Positions 1 to 12,974 of a DNA stretch of 64,000 nt are shown piece after piece. This DNA is from the human T2T-CHM13v2.0 reference genome, Homo sapiens: NCBI RefSeq assembly GCF_009914755.1, contig NC_060947.1; one strand, given 5' to 3'. The translations under genes were made by a program, and so were the position numbers. The notes below the pieces were generated by a model. It did not search any database. It was not told where the DNA came from and saw nothing but the letters and a program-made list of their open reading frames with translations. The first letter of the stretch is position 1. Each line of letters starts with the position of its first letter.

Positions 1-1308
1 GGAGTATCACCAGGCTATTGCCCATGTTCCTGTAAGGCCCAACAGCTCTTCAGTCAGCCTGTGGTAATTGCTGCCTGGGATGGAACTCACCCTTCCAGGC
101 ATTGGGCTCTCCTCTGGCCCAGGGCAGGTCCAGAAATAATGTCCAAGATTCAAGTCCTGGAATCCGGGATCAAAAGTGCCTGCTTGATGCTTACCACTCT
201 TTGGTCAAGCTGGTACCTAAGGTGCAAGACAAAGTCCCCTTTACTTTTCTATCTGCTTTTCTTAACCAGAAGGACTCTCATCCAATAGACAACACAGCTG
301 GGAAGGTGCTGAGTCTCAAATTAAGCCAAGAAGTCAGAGTCTCATCCAAATTTCTGGATATACTTCCTGGGGATAACTGCTGGTTATTCAGGATGCAATG
401 GCTCTATGGTTTGTAGGTGATGAATGCTGTCAGGACAGGGTTCTTCTCCTCAAGGCAGCAGGTTCCCTTTTGGCCTATGGTGTGTTTAGAAATTTCATTC
501 AGGAGCTAGGGCCTGGAAAAGGGGCCTCATGAAGCTGACAGGTGCCCTATCTTGCTGTGGCTCAGCTCTTATACAAGATGCAAGGAAAGTCCTCCCCAGT
601 CTTTTCTCTCCTCTCCTAAAAAAAAAAAAAAAAAGGAATGTGTTTCCTTTGGAGCTGCAAGCTGTGCAGCCTGGAGTTAGGGAAGGGATGATGCCAGTAT
701 TCCCTTATCTGCTTCAGCTGGTATCTTGGTAGGTCATGTGCCTTCCTACTCCACTAATCTTGGGCCCAGTTCAGCACTAGGATTCACCTAGGCCTTTCAG
801 TCCTTGTGGCCTAGATTGCCTTTCAAGTTTATTTAGGGTCCCAGAATGCTTTAGCCTGCTTTGGCGAGGTTTGTGGGAACCGAAGTTTAGGCTGCTGGGA
901 TTGGCTATTCCTCTCTGGCTATGGCTGTTTTAAATGCTCACTCCATGGATGAGCATTAGCTGACTTTGTTCTAGCTTTATTTTCTGCTATAACAGGAGTA
1001 CTGAGTTCAATTCCTCACAACTTCTGCAGTTTCTCTTTCCCTAGCACATAGGAACACTCTTTGCACCATACATCCACTGCTGGGAGATTGGGAAGGGGTG
1101 GTGTGGACAATTCAAGACTGTCTTTTTCTACCTCTTCAGTGCTTCCTTTCAGTAATATGAAGTTAAAACCACATACTGTGAGTGCTTACCTAATTTTTCA
1201 GTTCTTAACGATGGTGCTTTTTTGTGTAATTATTTGTTCAATTTGTGTCCTAGTGGGGGTTTAATGATCAATAGAGCCTTCTATTCTGTTATCTTGCTCT
1301 CATCCTCT
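1..1308 (-). mobile_element. L1MA/L1PB-type LINE-1 5'UTR (5' end at ~1308; element continues left of window)
   Basis: Reverse complement at 1275-1308 reads GAGGATGAGAGCAAGATAACAGAATAGAAGG, an L1M-type 5' start. Internal repeated units (GCAAGACAAAGTCC...) are homologous to 22214-24177 and 46500-48358. Confidence 0.8.
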
Positions 1309-1539
1309 ATTTTCTGTTTTTTTGTGGATAGAAAAGATATATGTTTCCTGTAAAATTATTTTAGTTTAGAATATTATTATTTTTATTAATACCTCAGAGC
1401 GAATGTGTTTGATATTATGATGTTGGGCAATAGACACAGATGGGTTACTGGCATCGACAAAGACTCAATGTTCATACACAGTTGTAAAATTGGGATACCT
1501 GCCTCTTACAACAATAGAAAATATTAAGGATATTACAAG

Positions 1540-1987
1540 TGAACAAGGCTAGGAAGGTGCAGAAGGAGAGTACTTCAACATAATAAAAGCTATGTAAGAC
1601 AAGCCTACAGCTAGCAGTATACTCAACCAGTGAAAAGTGGAAAGCTTTTACTCTAAGATGAGGAGAAAACAAAGATGCCCACTTTCACCACTTGGATTCA
1701 CCACAGTAGTAAAAGTCCAAGCCAGAACAAATTCAGCAAGAAAATGTATAAAAGCCATCTTAATAAGAAGTTAAATTGTCTCTTTTTGCAGATGACAGGA
1801 TCTTATATATAGAAAACATTAAAAATTTCATTAAAAATTGTTAGACCTAATAAATTCAACAAAGTTGCAGGATACAACATACAAAAATTTGTTGTGTTTT
1901 TATGCACTAGTCATGAACAATCTGAAGAGGAAATTGAAAAAAACAATCCCACTTCCAATAATGCCAAAAAGAAGACCATATTTAGGA
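1540..1987 (+). mobile_element. Old L1 (L1MA9/MB-like) ORF2 fragment, left part
   Basis: Degenerate RT-region sequence (TTGCAGATGACAGG = FADD motif). It resumes colinearly at 10247 after the younger insertion. Confidence 0.75.
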
Positions 1988-4349
1988 CTGAAAATGTGGG
2001 GCAAGATGGCAGAATATAAGGGCTCAACCAATTGTTGCCCCACAAAAACACCAATTTAACAACTACCTACACAGGAAAAAAAGAAACATCTTTAAGAACC
2101 AAAACTCAAGGAAGCATTCACAGTACCTAGTTTTAACTTCATATCACTGAAAGAAGCATTGAAGAGGTAGAAAAAACAGTCTTGAATCACTGACCCCACT
2201 CATCCTCCATCCCCCTGGCAGTGGTAGTGCAGTGCAGAGATTGTTTCTGTGCCCTAGGGAGAGGGTGAGCCAGCAATTGTGTCATTGAACTCAGTACTGT
2301 CTATTATAGGAGAAAGGAAAACCAGAGCACACTCAGCTGATGCCCACCCACAGAGTAAGAATTTAAACCAGCCATAGACAGAGGAGAATCACTGATCCCA
2401 GCAGTCAGAACTTGAGTTTTCGCAAGCCTGGACAATGTGGGCTAAAGTGCTCTAGGTCTGTAAATAATTTGGAAAGGCAGTCTAAGCCACAAGGACTGCA
2501 ACTCATAGGCATGTCCCAGTGTTAAATTGGGCTAAGAGCCAGTAGACTGGGGGCTCACACAACCAACTGACATATGAGCTGGGGCAGCAAAAGGAATACT
2601 GGCATCATCCCTCCTTTAACTCAGGCTGCACAGCTTATAGCTCCAAATGAGATTCCTTCCTTATGCTTCAGTGGAGGGGAAGTAAGAGTGGGGAAGACTT
2701 TGTCCTGCATCTTTGATACCAGCTCAGCCACAGCAGGATGGGGCACTGGTAAGAGCTGTGAGGTCCCTTTTCAGGCCCCAGCTCCTAGAAAACAGTTCTA
2801 GACATACTCTGAGACATGAGGGAACCCACTTCCCTGAAGGGAAGGATCTAGTCCTGGCAGCATTCATCACCTTCTAACTGAGGAGCCCTTGGGCCCTGTA
2901 TAGCCAGCAACAATATTGAGATACTACCTTGATGGCTTTGAGTGAGACTCTGAAACTATCTGGACTCAGGTGAGACTTAGCAAATTCCTCACTATGGTGG
3001 CTACTATGGTGATGAAAAAGAATCAAGCAGAAATTCTGGGGCTGAAAATTGCAATCTGCTTACTAAACAATGCATCAGTCTTTAATGGCAGAATTGATCA
3101 AGCAGAAGAAAGAGTTAGGGAGCTTAAAGACAGTTTATTTGAAAATACAGACACAGAGGAGACAGAAGAAAAAGAAAAAAGAATGAAGAGCAATGAAGCA
3201 CACCTACAGGATCTAGAAGATAGTGTCAAAAAGGAAAATCTAAAAGTTCCTGGCCTTAAAGAGGAGATAGAGAAAGAGATAATGGCAGACAGTTGTTCAA
3301 AGGGATTATAACAGGAAACGTCCCATACCTAGGGAAAGATATTAATATACAAGTACAATAAGGTTATTGAACACCAAGCAGATTTAACTCAAAGAAGATT
3401 ACCTCAAGGCATCTAGTACTCAAACTTCCAAAAGTCAAGGATAAAGAAGGATCTTAAAAGCAGCAAAAGAAAAGAAACAAGCAACATACAATAGTGCTCC
3501 AATACATCTGGCAGCAAGCATTTCAGTGGAAATCTTACATTCCAGAAGAGAGTGGTACGACATATTTAAAGCACTGAAAGAAAAAAATAACTACCCAAGA
3601 ATAATATATCCAGTGAAAATATTCTTCAAACATGAAGGAGAAATAGTTTCTTAGACAAACAAAAGCTGAGGGATTTTATTAACACCAGATCTGTCCTATA
3701 GCAAATTCTAAAGGGGGCCCTTCAATCGAAAAGAATATTAAAGAGCAAAAGGTAATCATCTGAAGGTAAAAAAATCACTGGGAATAGTAAATACATAGAG
3801 AAACAGATAATTTTATAACACTGTAACTGTGATGTGTACTCTAGTCTTATCCTAAGTAGAGGGACTAAATGATGAGCTCATCAAAATAATAACTAGAACA
3901 ACTTTTAGAGACATAGAGAATACAGCGAGAAATAAATAGGTACAACAAAAAGCTAAAAAGTGGGGAGACAAAGTAAAGGCTTATAGTTTTTATTAGTTTT
4001 TTTTTTGCTCCTTTTTTTTAATGCAAAGAGCATGAAGGTGCCATCAGCTTAAAATGATGGGTTATAAGTTAATGTTTGAAGCCTTATGGTAACTTGTAAC
4101 AAAAGCATAGAGTAAATGCACAAAATATAAAAATGGAGACACTAACTCATATCACCAGAGAAAATCACCTTCAGTAAAAGACAGGAAAGAAATAAAGAAA
4201 GAAAGAAGTAATAAAAGACCACAAAGCAACCAGAAAACAAATAACAAAATGGTAGGAGTAAGTCTTTACTTACCAATAATAACATTGAATGTAAATGGAC
4301 TAAACCTTCCAAACAAAAGACAGAGTGGCTGAATGGATAAAAAAGAAAA

Positions 4350-5797
4350 ACTACAAGGCTACAGTAACCAAAACAGCATGGTACTGGTACCAAAACAGAT
4401 ATATAGACCAATGGAACAGAACAGAGGCCTCAGAAATAACACCACACATCTACAACCATCCGATCTTTGACAAACCTGACAAAAACAAGCAATGGGGAAA
4501 GGATTCCCTATTTAAGAAATGGTGTTGGGAAAGCCATATGCAGAATTCCCTATTTAATAAATGGTGTTGGGCTAGCCATGTGCACAAAACTGAAATTGGA
4601 CCCCTTCCTTACACCTTATACAAAAATTAACCCAAGATGGATTAAAGAGTTAAATGCAAAACCTAAAACCATAAAAAATCCTAGAAGAAAACCCAGGCAA
4701 TACCATTCAGGACATAGGCATGGGCAAATACTTCATGACTAAAACACCAGAAGCAATGGCAACAAAAGCCACAATTGACAAATGGGATCTAATTAAACTG
4801 GAGGGCTTCTGTACAGCAAAAGAAACTATCATCAGAGTGAACAGGCAACCTACAGAATGGGAGAAAATTTTTTCAATTTATCCATCTGACAAAGGGCTAA
4901 TATCCAGAATCTACAAAGAACTTAAACAAATTTACAAGAAAAAAAACAAACAACCCCATCAAAAAGTGGGCAAAGGGTATGAACAGACACTTCTCAAAAG
5001 AAGACATTTATGCAGCCAACAAACAAATGAAAAAGAGCTCATCATCACTGGTCATTAGAGAAATGCAAATCAAAACCACAATGAGATACCATCTCACACC
5101 AGTTAGAACGTCTATCATTAAAATGTCAGGAAACAACAGATGCTGGAGAGGATGTAGAGAAATAGGAACATTTTTACACTGTTGGTGGGAGTGTAAATTA
5201 GTTCAACCATTGTAGAAGACAGTGTGGCGATTCTTCAAGGATCTAGAACCAGAAATACCATTTGACCCAGAAATCTCATTACTGGGTGTATACTCAAAGG
5301 ATTATAAATCATTCTACTATAAAAACACATGAACATGTATATTTATTGCAGCACTATTCACAATAGCAAAGATTTGGAACCAGCCCAAATGTCAATCAAT
5401 GATAGACTGGATAAAGAAAACATGGCACATCTACACCATGGAATACTATGCAGCTGTAAAAGAGGATGAGTTCATGTCCGTTGCAGGGACATGGATGGAG
5501 CTGGAAACCATCATTCTCAGCAAACTAACACAACAACAGAAAACCAAACACTGCATGTTCTCACTTATAAGTGGGAGTTGAACAATGGGAACACATGGAA
5601 ACAGGGAGGGGAACATTACACCCTGGGGCCTGTCAGGAATGGGGGGCTAGGGGAGGCATAGCATTAGGAGATATACCTAATGTAGGTTACAGGTTGATGG
5701 GTGTAGCAAACCACCATGGCACATGTATACCTATGTAGCAAAACTGCACATTCTGCACATGTACCCTAGAACTTAAAGTATAATAATAATAAAAAAA
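4350..5797 (+). mobile_element. 5'-truncated L1PA (L1PA7-like) 3' portion
   Basis: ORF2 C-terminal peptides ([18 protein letters not shown]); 3'UTR ends CCTAGAACTTAAAGTATAATAATAATAAAAAAA. Confidence 0.9.
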
Positions 5798-6165
5798 GAA
5801 AATGTGGTATATATACAACATGGACTACTAACTCAGCCATAAAAAGGAAAGAAATAATGTCTTCTGCAGCAACTTGTATGGAGCTGGAGGCCATTATTCT
5901 AAGTAAAGAAACTCAGGAATGGAAAATCAAATGTCGTACGTTCTCAATTGTAAGTGGGAACTAAGTTAGGAGAATGTAAAGGGATTGGAATAATGTAATG
6001 GACTTGGAGGAAAGGGTGGGAGAAGGGTGAGTGATTAAAGACTACACACTGGGTACAGTGTATATGGCTTGGGTGACAGGTGCACCAAAATCTCAGAAAT
6101 GACCACTAAAAAACTTACCCATGTAACCAAAGACTATTGAAAGAAAAATAAAATAAAATAAAAAG
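5798..6165 (+). mobile_element. L1PB (PB1-like) 3' end fragment
   Basis: Diagnostic 3'UTR GGGTACAGTGTA...GGTGCACCAAAATCTCAGAAAT-ACCACTAAA followed by an A-rich tail. Confidence 0.85.
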
Positions 6166-9100
6166 TCAAAAAAAGAAGAAAAAAAAAACAAGACCCAGTA
6201 ACCTGTTGCCTATAAGAAACACAATTCACCTATAAAGGCATACATACACTTAAAATAAAGGGATGGGAAAAGATATTCCAGCGAACGAAACTTCAAAAAA
6301 GCAGGAGTATTATATTTATATTAGACAAAATAGATAACAAAACGAAAAGTATAAGAAGAGATAAAGAAAGTCACTTTATTATGATAAAGGGGTAAATTCA
6401 TCAACAGGATATATCACATTTAAATACGTATGCACCCAACACTGGAACACCCAGATATATAAAACAATTATTATTAGAGCTAAAGAGAGAGATAGGCCCC
6501 AATATAACAATAGCTGAGATTTCAACATCCCATATTTAGCGTTGGACAGATCTTCCCAGTCAGAAAATCAACAAAGAAACATCAGAATCAATCTGTACTA
6601 TACGGCAAACGGATTTAATAGATATTTACAAAATATTTCATCCAACAGCTGCAGGATACACATTTTTTTCCTCAGCAAATTGATCATTCCCAAGGATAGA
6701 GCATATGTGAGGTCATAAAACAAGTCTTAAATCATTCAAAAATTATATAATATCAAGCATCTTCTCTGATCACAATGGAATAAAACTACAAATCAATAAC
6801 AGGAGGAATATTTGAAACTATATAGATACATGAAATTTTAAAAATACATTTCTGAATGACAAGTGGGTCAATAAAGAAATTGAAAAATTTCTTAAAACTA
6901 ATGATAATGGAAACACAACATACCAAATATGTGAGATAGAGTAAAAGCAGTGCTAAGAGGGAAGTTTATTGCTATATGTGCCTAAATCAAAAAAGAAGAA
7001 AGATGTCAAATTAATAACCTAATATTGCATCGTGGAGAGCTAGAAAAGCAAGGGCAAATCAAACCAAAAATTAACTTTAAAAGAAATAATGAAGATTAGA
7101 ACTTCAAAAAATTTCAAAGAAAAATAAAATTGAAATGAAAACAATACAAAAGATCAACAAAACAAAAAGTTGTTTTTAAAAATGTTAAACAAAATTGACA
7201 AATTTAGTTAGACTAACTACGAAAAAAAAGAGAGAAGACCTAAATAAATAAAATCAGAGATGAAATCAAAGATATTACAATAGATACTGCCAAAATTCAA
7301 AGAAACATTAGTAGCTACTATGAGCTACTATATGCCAGTAAATTGGAAAATCTAGAGAACATGGATAAATTCCTAGACATTTACAGCCTACCCACATTGA
7401 ACCAGGAAGAAATCCAAAACCTCAACAGACCAATAACAAGTAACGAGATTGAAGCTTTAATAAAGGTGTCCCAGTAAAGACAAGCCCAGGACCCAATGGC
7501 TTTACTGCTTAATTCTACCACACATTTAAAAAACTCATGGTAGTCCTACTCAAAGTATTCTAAAAGATAGAGGAGAAAGGAAAATTTTCAAACTCATTCT
7601 ACAAGGCCAGAATTACCCTGATGCAAAAACCAAAGACACATAAAAAAGAAATCTGTAGGCCAATATCTCTGATGAATATTGATACAAAAATTCTCAACAA
7701 AATACTAGCAAACCAAATTCAACAATATATAAAAAAGATCATTCATCATGAGCAAGTGGGATTTATCCCAGGGTTGTCATGATTGTTCCACATATGCAAA
7801 TCAATCAATGTGATGCATTATACTAACATAATGAAAGACAAAACCTTATGATCATTTCCATTGATGCTGAAAAGCATTTTATAAAATTCAACATCCCTTC
7901 ATGATAAAAACCCTCAAAAGACAGGGGATAGAAGGAATATACCTCATAATAAAAGCCATATATCAAAGACCCACAACTAATATCATACTGAATTGGGAAC
8001 AACTTAAAGCCTTTCCTGTAAGATCTGGAACACAACAAGGATACTAACCCTCACCACTGGTATTTAACATAGCAATGGAAGTCCTAGCTAGAAAAATTGG
8101 ACAAGAGGAAGAGATAAAAATTATTCAAATTGGAATGGAATAAGTCAAATCATGCTTGTTTACAGATAATATAATTTTATATTTGGAAACACTTAAAGAC
8201 CCCACCAAAAAACTGTTATAACTGATTAAAAAATTCAGTAATGTTGCAAAATGCAAAATCAACATACAAAACTGAGTAGCATTTCTATTTGCCAACATTG
8301 AGCAATCTAAAAAATAAAAATATAAAAACTCTTATTTACAGTAGCCACAAATAAAATCAAATATCTAGGAAATAACCAAAGAAGTGAAAAATAATAATGA
8401 AATTATAAAACACTGATAAAAGAAATTGAAGAGGACACTAAAAAATTGAAAGATGTTTCATGTTCATTGATTGGAAGAAGAATTAATATTGTTAAAATGC
8501 CCTTGCTTCCCAAAGCAATCTAGAGATTTAATGCAACCCCTATAAAAATACCACTGATGCTCTTCACAGAAATACAATAAATAATCCTAAAATTTGTATA
8601 GAAACGAAAAAGACCCAGAACAGTCAAAACTATCCTAAGCAAACAGAACAAAACTGGAGGAATCACATTATCTGACTTTAAATTTTTCTACAAAGCTGTA
8701 GTAACCAAAACAGCATGGTACTGGAATAAAAAACAGAATCATAGATCAAGGAAACAGAATAGAAAACCCAGAAACATATCCATTCACCTACAGTAAACTC
8801 ATTTTTGACAAAGGTGCCAAAAGCATACACTAAGGAAAAGACAGTCTCTTCAATAAATGGTGCCAGGAAAACTGGATATTCATTTACAGAAGAGTAAAAC
8901 TAGAGCACTATCTATCTCTCACCATGTACAAAAATCAAATGAAAATGAGTTAAAGACTTAAATCTAAGACCTCAAACTGTAAAACTACTACAAGAAAACT
9001 TAGGGAAGAATCTCAAGTACATTGTTCTGGGCAAAAATATCTTGAGTAATGCCCCACAATCACGGGCAACCAAACCAAGAAGGAACATATGGGATCCAAT

Positions 9101-10246
9101 CAACTTAGAAAACTCCTGGACAGCAAAGGAAACAAAGTAAAGAGACAACCTACAGAATGGGAGAAAATATTTGCAAACTACCCATCTCACCAGAATATAT
9201 AAAACGCTCAAACAACTCTATAGGAAAAAAATCTAATAATCCAACAAGAAAATGAACTCGATATTTGAATAAGTATTTCTCAAAAGAAGACATACAAATG
9301 GCAAACAGGCTTATGAAAAGGTGCTCATCATTGATCATCAGATAAATGCAAATCAAAACTACAATGAAATATCATCTCACCCCACTGAAAATGTCTTATA
9401 TTCAAAAGACGGGCAATAACAAATGCTGGTAAGGATGTGGAGAAAACGGAAGTCGTGAACACTGTTGATGGGAATGTAAATTACTAAAACCACTATGGAG
9501 AACAGTTTGGAGAATCCAGTAATTCTGCTTTTCATTATATACCTCAATAAAATAAATGAGTATATTGAAAAGATATCTGCACTTACATGTTTGTTCCAGC
9601 ACCATTCCTAGTAGTCATGATTTAGAAGCAACCTATGTATCTATCAACAGATGAATGGATAAAGAAAATCTGATACATATATACAATGAATTACTCTTGT
9701 AAAAATAATGAGATTCTGTTATTTGCAATAATATGGATCAAAATGGTAATCATTATCTTAAGTGAAATAAGCCAGGCACAGAAAGACAAACATCGCATGT
9801 TTTCACTTATTTGTAGTATCTAAAATTAAAAGCAATTGAGCTCATTGACATAGTGAGTAGATGAATTGTTACCAGAAGATGCAAAAGGTAGTAGAGGAAT
9901 TGGGGGGCGGGGGTTGGGGATGCTTAATGAGCACAAAAAATAGAAAGAATGAATAAGACCTATGATTTCATAGCATAACAGCGTGATATCGTCAATAATA
10001 ATTTAATTGTACATTTTAAAATAACTTAAAAAGTAGAATTGAATTGTTTTTAATACAAAGAACGAATGCTTGAGGGGATAGAAACCCCATTCGCAATAAT
10101 GTGATTATTTCATATTTCATGCTTGTATCAAAATATCTCATGTACCTACAAAAAACAAAGAATGAAAACATGGAAATGAAATGAGTTATCCTTTCATGTT
10201 AAGTTCAGATTCATTTAAATAAAGGAAATATTAAAAAAATTAAAAG

Positions 10247-10952
10247 ATATTTAGGAGTAAGTTTAACTAAGTGGATGAATGATCTACATACTGAAAACTA
10301 TAAGATATTGATAAAAAATTGAAGACAAATAAATGTAAAGATATTCCATGCTTATGGATTGAAAGACTTAATATTAATAAAATACCTGCATTATGCAAAA
10401 GTATGTACAGATTCAATACAATTCCTACAAAAGTCCAAAGGGCATTTTTCACAGACAAAGAGAAAACAATCCTCATGTTTGTATGGAACAACAAAAGACC
10501 CCAAATAACCAAAGAAATCTTGAGAAAGGAAAACAGAGCTAGAAGCCTCACATTTCTTGATTTCAAACTTTATTACAATCCTATTGTAATAAAAAGAATA
10601 TGATACTTTCAGTGAAAAAAGACACAGAAACCAATGAAACAGAATTGATTGTCCAAAACTAAACCCACGCATATACAGTCAACTAATCTTCAAGGGTTTC
10701 AGGAACACACATTAGGAAAGTGATAGTCTCTTCCAAAAATGGTGTTTGTAAAACTGGATATCTACATGCAAAAGAATAAACAGAACCCTTGTCTTATACC
10801 ATATACAATAATAAACTCAAATATATTAAAGACCTAAAAGTAACGTGTGAAGCAATAAAATTTGTAGGAGAAATCATAGAGAGAAAGCTCCTTAACAGTG
10901 AGTTTGAAAATGTTTATTTGGATGTGATGTCAAAAGCACAGGCAACAAGAGC

Positions 10953-10988
<36 letters not shown>

Positions 10989-12173
10989 AAACAAAAAACA
11001 AGTGAGATTACATCAAACTAAAAAATCTTCTGCACAGCAAAGGAAATAATCAACAGAATAAAGAAGCAACCTATGGAATGAGAGAAAATGTTTGCAAACC
11101 ATAAACTATCTCCTATGAAGTTAATGTCCAAAATATATAAGGAGCTCATGCAATTAAATAGAAAAAAACAAAAATAACCTGATTAAAATATGGGCAAAGG
11201 ACATGGATAAACATGTTTCCAAAGAAGACATACGAATGGTTAACCAATACATGAAAAGGTGCTCAATGTCACTAATCATCAGGGAGATGCAAATCAAAAC
11301 CACAATGAAATATCACCTCACACATGTTAGGATGGCTATTATCAAAAAGACCAGAGATAACAAGTATTGGCAAGAGTATAAAGAAAAGGGAGCCAGTACA
11401 CAGTTGGTAGCAATGGAAATTAGTACAGCCATTATGCCAAAAAATTAAAAATAGAGCTACCTTATGATCCAGGATTCTCATTTCCAGGTACATATACAAT
11501 TGATATCCCAAAGAGTTATCTGCACTTCTATGTTTATTGCAGCACTATTCACAATAGACAAGATATGAAAACAACCTAAGTGTCCATTAATGCATGACAT
11601 TTAGGTTCAAGAAAATATGGTGTATGGTATATATACACACATATATATACACACACACTATATATATATGCACACATACTGGAATATTATTCAGCCATAA
11701 AAGAAGGAAATCTTACCATCCACAAGAACATAGAAATTTACTTAGCTTATTTCTAAGCTTCCATCTGAGACAACATAGATATTTACTTACTTCACTTAGC
11801 ATAATGGACAATCTGGAGTGCATTAAGAGGGTGGTTGCCAGGAATTGGGGATTAGGGAAAATGGGTAGATGTTAGGATACACATTTTCAGTTATGAGATG
11901 AATAATTTCTGGGGATCTAATGTACAACATTGTTACTATAATTAATGATATTGTATTGTTTAATTGAAATTACTAGGACAGCAGAGCTTAACTGTCCTCA
12001 CTGCACACACACATACACACTTGTGGAAATAGTAACTATGTGTGGTGAAGGATGTGTTAGTTAATTTGATTGTGGCAATTATTACTCAATGCACATGTAT
12101 ATCTTATTATGTTATTATACATTTAATATATACAATTTTTTTGTCAATAATATATCAATAACCCTGGAAAAAA
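10247..12173 (+). mobile_element. Old L1 (L1MA9-like) ORF2 3' part and 3'UTR, right part of 1540-1987
   Basis: ORF2 peptides ([27 protein letters not shown]); 3' end TCAATAACCCTGGAAAAAA. Confidence 0.8.
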
Positions 12174-12419
12174 CAATGTTAAATTTGAAAATACCTGATT
12201 CCTCAATCATTTGCATCTCACTGTTAAATATTGGTAGGCAACTTGATGAATATTTTCAAGCTGGTGTTTGAATATATGTAATATTTACGTTACAGTTGAG
12301 CCCTTTACAGTGTTGTTTATGGTAACGAGAGTTAGATAAATGTATTTGGTTACATGGACAATTTATTTGTGAAAATGGTTTGCTACCTCCAGTAATCTGG
12401 ACAGTAAGTTCATGCCCTT

Positions 12420-12640
12420 ACATTTGTTTATTATTTCTATGCTTTACAAAGCATCTTCATTTACATGATTTCATTTAATTTTCCCAAAAGCCCTCCGTAG
12501 TAGATAGGACAGGTGTAATTCCCATTTTGCAGTTGAGTAAGGTGATGTAGATTATTTAATCGCTTTGATTAAGGTCTCAGAATTAGTTAACTAGGAACCT
12601 GATCTCCTGATTCCAGTTTCCCTCATTATACTGCCTCCAT
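12420..12640 (-). mobile_element. MIR SINE
   Basis: MIR core-like: TCATTTAATTTTCCC...CCCATTTTGCAGTTGAG...AAGGTCTCAGAATTAGT. Confidence 0.65.
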
Positions 12641-12974
12641 ATATGTATCTTCAAATAGCAGAGAATTGCTACTTATTATACGGTTTTAGCTTTCCATTCC
12701 TGTGTAGAGAAGGTGAATAAATGGAGATGCCTTGGCAGCATTTTGCAGATATGCTAAGTATGTTAATGTGTTCATAAGTAGTTGAAAAATGTAATTCTAT
12801 AACTTCATCATGCTTGATAGTGTCATTTTGTTCTTGTGTACTTTTCAGTTTTTCAAGTACATGTAATAAGTAACAGTCTTGGTTGGTTGTTTTATTGGGT
12901 ACTCACATGCTGTTTGAGAGGACCCCATTCATAGTCTTTTTGAAAATTTTTACCCTAGTAGTCCTTTTTTCATT

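Larger units (their letters stand above)
1996..10157 (+). mobile_element. Near full-length L1MA1-3-like LINE-1, interrupted by 4350-6165
   Basis: 5' start GGGGCAAGATGGCAGAATA; ORF1 remnant ~3010-3730 (KKNQAEILGLK...); ORF2 start ~4249; ORF2 resumes ~6190; L1MA-type 3'UTR 9650-10150. Candidate TSD ATATTTAGGA at 1978-1987 and 10247-10256. Confidence 0.85.
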
